Assembly: GCA_034670305.1 (NCBI GenBank)
Contig: JAXMNT010000014.1
Location: 1-64,000, forward strand
Reading direction: 5' to 3'
From: Deltaproteobacteria bacterium
GTDB lineage: Bacteria; Myxococcota_A; Polyangia; Polyangiales; Houyiibacteriaceae
DNA: 64,000 bases
Below the pieces are notes generated by a model. That model made no database searches, had not been told where the DNA came from, and saw only the letters and a program-made list of their open reading frames with translations. The stretch's first letter is position 1, and every line of letters starts with the position of its first letter. The translations under genes and the position numbers were made by a program. Positions 45,504 to 53,807 of this stretch are shown piece by piece.

Positions 45504-48500
45504 CTAGCGGCAGCTGATGACGATGGATCCGACCGCGCTGCCTGTGGTCGCGCAGGTTCCTGTGCCTGAGGACCAACGACAGTTGAAGAGGTTCCGCAGC
45601 CGGCCACAGAAGATGTGGTCGAGGTGGGGGTACTCGGGACGGACCGACGTGTCGCAGACGGCTTCGTCCGTGATTTGGCTGCACGGCGGCGGCTCGGTGT
45701 CGATGCGACCGTCGCAGCTGTAGTCCCAGTACGCAGGGTCGCCGACGCAGGTGCCGCCGATCATGCAACCGGTGCCGCCGCTGCCCACGGTGCACGCCAT
45801 CGATCCGGCTGGGCATGCGGGCGCGGTGAAGAGACCGGCCTGGGCAGGGTGCACACTCGAGTCCGCGTCCGCGCAGTCCGGCAGGGTCGTGGCGGGGTTG
45901 AAGTTGCTCTGGTTGGACCCGCAGTTGACGACGCAGAACTGCGACGGCATCGCGCCGGCGGGCGCGTACCCGTCGTTGTCCGCGTCCGGCCAGCAGTCGC
46001 GCCGCGTCACGACCGCGTCGTTGCCGTCGTCGCAGTCCGCGACGCCCCCAGGCGGGATCGCGGTGTAACAGAAGCCGTCGGCCGCCGGACATCCGCAGTC
46101 TTCTACGCAGAAACGGACTTCCGACGCGGCGGTCGCGGCGAAGCCGTCTTCGTCGTCGTCCCGCCAGCAAGACTTGAGGAAGACCACGTCGGTGTTGCCG
46201 TCGTCGCAGTCGATGCGGCCTTCGCTCACCGGCGCCGTCGGCGTCATGCCGCTTGGGCACATGCCCATCTCCGGACACACGTCCATCGGCGCAACCGGGA
46301 ACGCCGCGAACCCGTCCATGTCCGCGTCCACGTAGCAGGTCAGCGCGACGCCCTCGTCGGTGAACCCATCGCAGTCTTGGTCCTCGCTGTCGCAGGTCTC
46401 GCTCGCGCTCGGATGAATGGTCGCGTCGCCCGGTGCGCAATCGATCGAAGCGCCACTTGGCGCGGTCGCGGTGAACCCGGTTGGGCAGGTGCCCCCCACC
46501 GGACACAGCTCGCTGCGCCCAGCGCCCGTGGGCGCGAAGCCGTCGTCGTCCACGTCTGCGTAACACGTCAGGGTCGTGCCCTCGTCCACGCGCATGTCGC
46601 AGTCGTCGTCGTCCCCGTTGCAGGTCTCCCCCGCGACTGGGCTGATGGCCGGGTTGCCGTCGTCGCAGTCCAGTCCCGCGGCGGGCGGGCTGGCCGTGCG
46701 CGCGCCCGGGCAGCTGCCTGCGACCGGGCACATCGAGGTCGGCCCGACGCCGCTGGTGAAGGTGTCGCCGTCCGCGTCTTGCCAGCAATCGAGCCGCAAC
46801 CCCTCGTCGACGAGGCCATCGCAGTCGTTGTCGTCGTCGTCGCAGGTCTCGCCCGCGGTCGGGTTCACCGACGCAGCGCTGTCGTCGCAGTCGCCTCCCA
46901 TCGCCGGGCTGCGCGTGGTCTGGTTGGCCGGGCACGTGCCGGTCCCCGGATCGGGGCACGCAGTCGTCCCCGTCGCCGTGGTCGGCGCGAAGCCGTCGCC
47001 GTCGCCGTCCGGGTAGCAGGTCACCAGCGTGCCTTCATCCGTCGCGCCGTCGCAGTCGTCGTCCTGTCCGTTGCACGCTTCGCTCACCGCGGGTGAGGCG
47101 CCGACGTCGTCGTCGTCGCAGTCGATGCCGCCGGCCATCGGCGCCCGGTCCGTCGTCCCGCTCGGGCAACTGTCGCCCGGTCCAGGACAGAGCCCCATCG
47201 CCATCGCGCCGCTCGGTGGATACCCGTCTCCGTCGAGGTCCTCGTAGCAGCTCACCAGCCGGCCCTCGTCCACCGCGCCATCGCAATCGTCGTCGAGGCC
47301 GTTGCACAGTTCGATGGCGTCTGGGCGTCGGTCGTCGTCTGCGTCGTCGCAGTCGAGCTGGCGAATCCCCATCCCGTCGACCCCCACCGGCGCGCGGTCC
47401 GTCGTCCCGAGCGGGCATCCGCCGACCAAGGAGCGGGTGGGATCGGGGCAGCGCTGCAGCTCCGTGCTGCCCGTCACGGCGAAGGTGTCGTTGTCGAGAT
47501 CTTCGAAACAGCGGACCGTGAGCATCTCGTCCACCGTGCCATCGCAGTCGCTGTCGATGCCGTCGCAGGTCTCCGCGGCGGGTGCGATGGAACACGCGCC
47601 CCACCCGCCGTCGATGCAGTTCTGGGTGCCGCCCCCACAGGCGCCGCCGAGGCCTCCCTCCGCACACGTGCGGGACTCGCCTACCTCGCAGTTGCAGAGC
47701 GCGTCGGGGTTCGCTTCGTCGTCGCAGTCTTCGTCCAGCGGGGGAACCTCCGCGTCGCAGATCTCGACGCCGCCCGGTCGCACGTGGCCACGGGTGTCGT
47801 CGCAGTCGCTCGCGGACTCCGCGTACCCCTCGGGCGTGAAGCAGGCGTCGATGCTCTCGCCGTCTTCCGCGCCGAACCCATCGCCGTCCTCGTCGATGAC
47901 GAATGTGCGCGTGACCCCTTCGTCGACCGCGCCGTCGCAGTCGTTGTCGAAGCCGTCGCACGCTTCCGCTTCGCCGGGGTGCGCGCTCGGGAGCGTGTCG
48001 TCGCAGTCGGGGCCACAGGACGCACCGTTGCAGCAGCGCGCGTCCGCGAACCCGTCGCCGTCCGCATCGCGGAACCCGTACGTGCTTTCGTCGCAGTCCT
48101 CGTCGTGGCCCGCTTCGTCGCAGACCTCGAGGTTGCCGGGAAAACGTTCGGGGTCCGTGTCGTCGCAGTCGTCCCCGCCGCAGCCCCCATCGCCGTGGCC
48201 GTCGCCGTCCGCGTCGGGCGCATCCGAGACGCAACCGCCGCGGGCTTCGACGCAGCGGTCGAGACTGCACGCCATGCCATCGTCGCAGTCGGGCGCGACG
48301 CCCGGGGCGCAGACCTCCCGGGCGCAGACCTCCACGCCGTTGCAGACCAGCCCGTCGTCGCACTCCAGGTCGCTCACGCAGCCCGCAGCGCCCGCGTCGT
48401 CGCCCGCCGCGCCGTCCGGAGGCAGGCTGGTGTCGTCGTCACCGCACCCGAACGCGAAGACGCAAAGCAATGCCCCGAGGGCCGCGGAGAAACGTTGCCT

Positions 48501-48506
48501 GTTCAT
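45504..48506 (-). CDS. Large Cys/Asp-rich lipoprotein with MopE-like putative metal-binding repeats
   Basis: Lipobox AFGC; about nine 'E.C(D/N)G.D.DCDG..DEG' units alternating with 'CY.D.DGDG(F/Y)' and 'DCDD' units. Confidence 0.88.
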   Translation of the reverse strand: MNRQRFSAALGALLCVFAFGCGDDDTSLPPDGAAGDDAGAAGCVSDLECDDGLVCNGVEVCAREVCAPGVAPDCDDGMACSLDRCVEARGGCVSDAPDADGDGHGDGGCGGDDCDDTDPERFPGNLEVCDEAGHDEDCDESTYGFRDADGDGFADARCCNGASCGPDCDDTLPSAHPGEAEACDGFDNDCDGAVDEGVTRTFVIDEDGDGFGAEDGESIDACFTPEGYAESASDCDDTRGHVRPGGVEICDAEVPPLDEDCDDEANPDALCNCEVGESRTCAEGGLGGACGGGTQNCIDGGWGACSIAPAAETCDGIDSDCDGTVDEMLTVRCFEDLDNDTFAVTGSTELQRCPDPTRSLVGGCPLGTTDRAPVGVDGMGIRQLDCDDADDDRRPDAIELCNGLDDDCDGAVDEGRLVSCYEDLDGDGYPPSGAMAMGLCPGPGDSCPSGTTDRAPMAGGIDCDDDDVGASPAVSEACNGQDDDCDGATDEGTLVTCYPDGDGDGFAPTTATGTTACPDPGTGTCPANQTTRSPAMGGDCDDSAASVNPTAGETCDDDDNDCDGLVDEGLRLDCWQDADGDTFTSGVGPTSMCPVAGSCPGARTASPPAAGLDCDDGNPAISPVAGETCNGDDDDCDMRVDEGTTLTCYADVDDDGFAPTGAGRSELCPVGGTCPTGFTATAPSGASIDCAPGDATIHPSASETCDSEDQDCDGFTDEGVALTCYVDADMDGFAAFPVAPMDVCPEMGMCPSGMTPTAPVSEGRIDCDDGNTDVVFLKSCWRDDDEDGFAATAASEVRFCVEDCGCPAADGFCYTAIPPGGVADCDDGNDAVVTRRDCWPDADNDGYAPAGAMPSQFCVVNCGSNQSNFNPATTLPDCADADSSVHPAQAGLFTAPACPAGSMACTVGSGGTGCMIGGTCVGDPAYWDYSCDGRIDTEPPPCSQITDEAVCDTSVRPEYPHLDHIFCGRLRNLFNCRWSSGTGTCATTGSAVGSIVISCR

Positions 48507-48745
48507 TCGTCCATGCTCCCGGCGCAGCCGCCATCGACTTCGTTGCCCGCTCGTTCGTCCGCGGTCGCAGCGTACGAGAGCATCACGAACGCGAGGAGTG
48601 CCCTCCGCGTTCGAGCCGCGTTCCCCCTACGAGTTTCCCCCGACCCCACCGCGGCTGAGTGTAGCGCGGCTGGACGAGGCTCGCATCGATCGACGGCGAC
48701 GCAGAGGTTTGCGCGAACGAGCCGCCCTCGTCGCGCTTGCGCCCC

Positions 48746-49933
48746 CTACCGGCCGCGGCGCCGGGTGCGGCGTTGTGCCTGGCGGCCGGCTCGGGTCGAG
48801 GGGAGGTGGACGCGCATGAAGTCTTCGGCGCCGGCGGTGTTCGTTCGGTAGCCGAACAACGTGTCGCCGACCGCGTGCAGGTAGCAGTACTGCTGACGGT
48901 CTTGAAGCAAGGTCTGACGATCCCCGGTGCTCAGCTCGACTCGAATGATCGCCGGCGTCGCTCGGCGCTGCTGGATGTGTTCGAAGAGCAGCACTCGGTT
49001 GTCGTCTTCGAACGAGGCGCCCCGGAACCTGATCGATCCGCCTGGCTCGGGCAGGCGGGTGACGACTTGTTCTGCGCCGGTCTCGAAATCGTGCATGACG
49101 AGGTTCCAGTCGCGGTTGAAGATCACCCGGTTGCCCGAGGAGGAGAAGGGCCGCGCGTTGTTGGGCCCGTGGATGTGGCTGTTGCCGAGGCGCACCACGT
49201 TGCCCGTCGCGAGGTCGAGGCACTCGAGCTCCGACGCGCCCCGGTAACACATGCGTTGCCCGCGGTCGTCGAGGAAGGGCAGCGACTGAGGCCGGACGCC
49301 GAGGCTTCGCCGAACGAGCGTGGGCTGGGTGAGGTCGACGGCGTGCACGAGTTTGTCGCGCGTGTCGGTCGAGTAGGCGCGCTGCTCCAACGAGTGGTCC
49401 GCGAGGAGCACACGTCGCGCGCCGGCGGCGGGGACGAACGCGACGAACCCCATGTCGCCGAGTTGCACCGGCGCTTGCCCTTCGCGGGCCAGGTGGGGCC
49501 CCGGGTCGTAGCCGCGCCAGATCACTTTGCCTTCGTGGTCGTACGCTAAGTCGCAGATGCCGCTCGCGTCGCGGCCTTGGGAGACGTGCACGACGCGCAC
49601 GTTGCCGCTCGCCGTGTCGTACGCCCCGATGCCGCCGGCGTAGCTGAACGCAACCTTCTGTCCGTCGCTCGACCACCCGATGGCTGCGCACCGGACGGCA
49701 CCAAGTTCAGGTGTGGCGACGCGGGTCCGCTGCTGCGCTCGGACGTCGTAGACCTCGAGGCCCTCACTGCCCCAGTAGGCGAAGCGGTGGCCGTCGGGCG
49801 AAGCTGCGCCGCCGAGCCCCTGCCCACGTCGCAGGATCTCGACGCCCGGTTGCGGCCGCAGTCTCTGCGCCTCGGCGCCCGACGACTGCGACAACATGCA
49901 GAGCGCGAGCCCCGCGAGACACCAGGACTTCAC
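48746..49933 (-). CDS. Secreted beta-propeller (TolB/WD40-like) protein
   Basis: Signal peptide; blade motifs SPDGHRFAY, WSSDGQKVAF and FSSSGNRVIF; GTGA overlap with the upstream gene. Confidence 0.7.
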   Translation of the reverse strand: MKSWCLAGLALCMLSQSSGAEAQRLRPQPGVEILRRGQGLGGAASPDGHRFAYWGSEGLEVYDVRAQQRTRVATPELGAVRCAAIGWSSDGQKVAFSYAGGIGAYDTASGNVRVVHVSQGRDASGICDLAYDHEGKVIWRGYDPGPHLAREGQAPVQLGDMGFVAFVPAAGARRVLLADHSLEQRAYSTDTRDKLVHAVDLTQPTLVRRSLGVRPQSLPFLDDRGQRMCYRGASELECLDLATGNVVRLGNSHIHGPNNARPFSSSGNRVIFNRDWNLVMHDFETGAEQVVTRLPEPGGSIRFRGASFEDDNRVLLFEHIQQRRATPAIIRVELSTGDRQTLLQDRQQYCYLHAVGDTLFGYRTNTAGAEDFMRVHLPSTRAGRQAQRRTRRRGR

Positions 49934-50841
49934 GAGGGCTCGAATGCGATGGGCGTCGTGATCCCGCGCACGCCAGGTCGAAACGGGGTGCCGGCCACCA
50001 CCCGTTCGGCGCACCGGAGGGCGCCCGGAGACACGTTCTGTCCGGAACGGGCGGTGACGACGGACTCGAGCACGCGGCCATTGGCGCCGATGCGCGCACG
50101 GACGGTGATGCGGGTGCGCACGGTGGGGTCGATGCAGCGGCGAAGGTCCGCTTGGGCGGCGCTCAGCACTTCGCGGTCGGTCAAGGTCGTCGGAGGAGCG
50201 GCTTGCCGAGGAGGATTCCGGCGGGCCGGCTGGGCGACGGCAGCCCGGGGAGGCGCTGGTTCTCGAACCCGAGTGGTCCGGACGGTGGCGCGGGGCGCTT
50301 CTCGTTGGGACTGAACCTGGACCCTCGCTGGCGTCGTCATCACCGAGACGGCAACGTCTGCCCGGACCTGCACGTTGGCGCCCGGACGACAGCCACGTCG
50401 GGTGAAGACTTGTTCGGGCGCGGTGTGCCAGCGACTCCCTTGCACGGGGCGGGTCCGCAAAGCGCAGCTCGTTGCGGTCTCTCCGACGGCGTAGACGGCC
50501 AGCTGCCGATGACGCCGCGCACCATCGGGGCGCAGCATGAGGTATCCGTCGCCGGATCGATCGCCGGCCATCCACCAGGTGCCGTTCTCCACCTGCCGAC
50601 CGTCTCTGAGCCTCGCGCGGTAGCGGAAGTACTCGGTGTTCGCTGTGTTCGCTGTCCCACCCGCCGCACGTCCAGGCTCGGCCGTGAGTTCCAGGCTGAG
50701 CAACCGCGACTCGCCGGGGGCGTTTCTGGTCTCCGAGATGTCGTATTCGCCGACGAGGTCTGAAGGAGAGGCTTGAGCCGCGGCCAGCGACCCCACGTGG
50801 AGACCGCAGAGAACGCAACTGAGAGCAACGAGACGGAACAT
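49930..50841 (-). CDS. Secreted protein with a C-terminal TonB-C/AgmX-like domain
   Basis: Signal peptide, Pro/Arg linker, then LRRC...ITVRARIGANGRV...LRCAERVV...F; GGAGG RBS. Confidence 0.65.
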   Translation of the reverse strand: MFRLVALSCVLCGLHVGSLAAAQASPSDLVGEYDISETRNAPGESRLLSLELTAEPGRAAGGTANTANTEYFRYRARLRDGRQVENGTWWMAGDRSGDGYLMLRPDGARRHRQLAVYAVGETATSCALRTRPVQGSRWHTAPEQVFTRRGCRPGANVQVRADVAVSVMTTPARVQVQSQREAPRATVRTTRVREPAPPRAAVAQPARRNPPRQAAPPTTLTDREVLSAAQADLRRCIDPTVRTRITVRARIGANGRVLESVVTARSGQNVSPGALRCAERVVAGTPFRPGVRGITTPIAFEPS

Positions 50842-51043
50842 GGTGACCTCCAGAAACTGGTCGAGGGGAAGCTGACGCCCCTCCCGGTCCCGTATTCATT
50901 GCTCCCAGTGCGATGGAACACAGACGGGGCATTTCCACCTCGCCGAACTGCCACGACGCCGCAACCTCGCCTCCAGTTGCCCGACCTTCACGGTTTGTTA
51001 TGAGCAGTGGCGCTTGAGTTGATGGGGATGGTTGGGGGGAACG

Positions 51044-51982
51044 ATGCGGGGCAGTCTGGGGTCGAGGTTCGTGGTGGTGTTCGCCGCCATGCAGAGTGCG
51101 ACGGTGTTCGCGCAGGTGGGCGTCGACGCGTCTGCGCAGGCCGATGGCGCTGCGCAGGCCGATGGTTCCGCGCAGGTTCAGGTCGACGTCAACGTCGATG
51201 GGCAGGTGCCCGTTGTCGAGCACCCGTCCGCCGCAGCGGACGCGTGCGTGCCTTCGTGCCGTTCCGGCTACGTCTGCCTTCGAGGCGCGTGCGTCAGCGC
51301 GTGCAACCCGGTCTGTGGTGCGAACGAACAGTGCACCGCCACTGGTGAGTGCATCCCGACCGCGCCGACCAGCGTGCAGGTGCAGCCGGTCTACAACGTG
51401 CGTCCTCCACCCGACCCGCAGGCCGCCTTCGAACGCGATGTCTTGCGAGAGCGGCGCCATCGGCTTCGCCTTGGCATCTTCGTCGATCTCGGTGCGGCGT
51501 TCTTCGAGGCGCCCGGCGGCAGTTTCGGCTCTCTGGACACCGTTGGCCCGCTTGGAGAGTTTGGCTTCGAGCTCCGGAAGAACTTCGCCTACCGGGTCGG
51601 CGTTCGCTTTCGCACCGGCGTAGCGGTCTCAGGCGGCCAGGACGAGTCGGAAGACACGGGCCTCTGGCTGCTGCGCATCTTCGCGAGCCCCAGCTTTCGC
51701 ATCGGGCCGTTTGCCCAAGGGTTCCCGTTCTACATCGACCTCGGCGCGCACATCGGCGTGCGCATGGTCGGATCGTCGGCAGCGGAAGATGGACCCGTTG
51801 GCGAAGGCGGCGGCTCGTCGTCGTCGGTCGACGCCCAGTTCTCTGCGGGACCCGAGACGGGTCTGGGGTTCGTCTTCGGCGAAGAACGTTTCGACATCGC
51901 CCTGCGCGGCAACAGCGGCTTCGGCGGCGACGAGTTCCAGTTCTGGTCGGCGAAGCTCTCATTCGGCATGTCGTTCCGCTGA
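51044..51982 (+). CDS. Secreted protein: Cys-rich module plus probable outer-membrane beta-barrel
   Basis: Signal peptide; CVPSCRSGYVC..GACVSACNP.C...EQC...GEC; amphipathic strands ending in SFR. Confidence 0.7.
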   Translation: MRGSLGSRFVVVFAAMQSATVFAQVGVDASAQADGAAQADGSAQVQVDVNVDGQVPVVEHPSAAADACVPSCRSGYVCLRGACVSACNPVCGANEQCTATGECIPTAPTSVQVQPVYNVRPPPDPQAAFERDVLRERRHRLRLGIFVDLGAAFFEAPGGSFGSLDTVGPLGEFGFELRKNFAYRVGVRFRTGVAVSGGQDESEDTGLWLLRIFASPSFRIGPFAQGFPFYIDLGAHIGVRMVGSSAAEDGPVGEGGGSSSSVDAQFSAGPETGLGFVFGEERFDIALRGNSGFGGDEFQFWSAKLSFGMSFR

Positions 51983-52063
51983 CTTGGCTCCCACGCCCTG
52001 GCGTCTCGACACAGTGATCTGACGGTTCAGTTTCGACGGCGCACGCGGTAGGCTCGCCGCTTC

Positions 52064-53437
52064 ATGGCCGACCTCTCCATCGACTTCTGTGGCATCAAGA
52101 GCCCCAACCCTTTCTGGCTCGCGTCCGCGCCGCCCACCAACACCGGCGACCAAGTCAGCCGCGCATTCGACGCCGGCTGGGGTGGCGCCGTGTGGAAGAC
52201 GCTCGGCAACCCGATCGTCAACGTGTCGAGCCGCTTCGGCGCGATCGACTACGGCCCGATGCGCATGGCCGGGCTCAACAACATCGAGCTCATCACCGAC
52301 CGCCCGCTCGACGTGAACCTCGCGGAGATGAAGGCGGTCAAAAAGCGCCACCCGGACCACGTGCTGGTGGCCTCGCTCATGGTCGACACGCCCGAAGAGT
52401 GGCGCGAGATCATCAAGAAGGTCGAAGACGTGGGCTGCGACGCGCTCGAGCTCAACTTTGGCTGCCCGCACGGCATGTGTGAACGCGGCATGGGTTCGGC
52501 GGTTGGCGCGGAGCCGAAGGTGCTCAAAGAGATCGTCGGCTGGGTGGTCGATTGCGCCACGACGCCGGTGATCGTGAAGCTCACCCCGAACGTCGGTGAC
52601 ATCACCGAACCGGCCATCGCCGCGCTCGAAGCGGGCGCGCATTCCATCAGCCTGATCAACACGGTGAAATCGATCATCGGCGTCGACCTCGACAAGATGG
52701 TGCCGATCCCCGTCGTCGGCGGCGGCTCGTCCAACGGCGGCTACTGCGGTCCGGCGGTGAAACCGATCGCGCTGCACTTGCTCGGCCAAGCCGCGCGGGT
52801 GTTCCCGAAACCGATCAGCGGCATCGGCGGCATCTCCGACTGGCGCGACGCGGCGGAGTTCCTCGCGCTCGGCGCGACCACGGTGCAGGTCTGCACGGCC
52901 GTGATGCACTACGGCTTCCGCATCGTGGAAGACATGGCCGAAGGCCTGAGCGACTTCCTCGACGAGAAGGGCATGAGCTCCGTGCAGGAGCTCGTCGGCC
53001 AGGCGTCGCCCGCCTACAAGGAGTGGGGCGACCTCGATCTCAACCACCACGTCGTCGCCAGCATCGACGCCGACAAGTGCATCGGCTGCCAGCTCTGTTA
53101 CGTCGCGTGCCTCGACGGCTCGCACCAGTGCATCCACCTGCCGGGCATGAGCGACGAAGAGAAGAAGAAGGCCGGCCACATCGCGTTCCCGAAGGACGTG
53201 CCCGAACACCTGACCAAAGACGGAATGCGCGTCCCCTTCGTGCACGAAGAAGAGTGCGTCGGGTGCAACCTCTGCGCCCTCGTCTGCCCCGTCGAAGGCT
53301 GCATCACCATGGTCGAGCAGCGCAAAGGCGACGAAGTCGAGACCTGGAACGACCGAGTCGACCGCGGCGATCCCCCGCCCCCCGGCGGCCTGGACTCGAC
53401 GATCGCAGCCGCAGCCGCGGCCGACCCCGCGGAGTAG
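52064..53437 (+). CDS. preA: NAD-dependent dihydropyrimidine dehydrogenase subunit PreA
   Basis: NPFWLASAPPT, GLNNIELITDR, LNFGCPHGM.ERGMG, KLTPN, INTVKS and GGYCGPAVKPIAL; two CxxCxxCxxxC ferredoxin motifs. Confidence 0.96.
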   Translation: MADLSIDFCGIKSPNPFWLASAPPTNTGDQVSRAFDAGWGGAVWKTLGNPIVNVSSRFGAIDYGPMRMAGLNNIELITDRPLDVNLAEMKAVKKRHPDHVLVASLMVDTPEEWREIIKKVEDVGCDALELNFGCPHGMCERGMGSAVGAEPKVLKEIVGWVVDCATTPVIVKLTPNVGDITEPAIAALEAGAHSISLINTVKSIIGVDLDKMVPIPVVGGGSSNGGYCGPAVKPIALHLLGQAARVFPKPISGIGGISDWRDAAEFLALGATTVQVCTAVMHYGFRIVEDMAEGLSDFLDEKGMSSVQELVGQASPAYKEWGDLDLNHHVVASIDADKCIGCQLCYVACLDGSHQCIHLPGMSDEEKKKAGHIAFPKDVPEHLTKDGMRVPFVHEEECVGCNLCALVCPVEGCITMVEQRKGDEVETWNDRVDRGDPPPPGGLDSTIAAAAAADPAE

Positions 53438-53494
53438 AACCGGTCGCGGCACCATGAAGAACCCGCCGAGCCAGCAAGCCCCCAAGAATCGAAT

Positions 53495-53767
53495 GCGACT
53501 CCGAAGGAGAGCATGAGCGCGCGACTCCGAAGGAGAGCGTGGCCTGTCGCTGTTGCTGAGTCTGTCGCTGTTGCTGAGTCTGCTGCTGTTGCTGACTCTG
53601 CTGCTGTTGCTGACTCTGTTGCTGTTGCTGTCGCGCGGCCGAGTCGAATCCGAATCCGCTACCGCTACCGCTTCCGCTTCCGCTTCCGCTTCCGCTTCCG
53701 CTTCCGTTTCCGCTACCGCTTCCTTCTTTACGAGGGCAAGGGCAGGGGCACGGGCACGGGCAAGGGG
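53495..53767. repeat. Composite repeat tract: GCGACTCCGAAGGAGAGC x2, an 18-mer x5, then (CGCTTC)n-(GGGCAA/GGGCAC)n
   Basis: Copies at 53495 and 53521; CTGYYGCTGTTGCTGAST units at 53544-53633; compound hexamer tract at 53646-53767. Confidence 0.92.
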
Positions 53768-53807
53768 AACCCTCGGCTTTGCCTCAGGTTCTGCTAGACC
53801 CCCGGCC

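Noticed and set aside
48510-48745. Riboswitch in the leader of the MopE-like gene
   Set aside because: One GC-rich hairpin but no recognisable aptamer motif.
48746-51460. 904-aa ORF
   Set aside because: Only the last ~395 aa (from GTG 49933) look coding; the rest overlaps two other genes.
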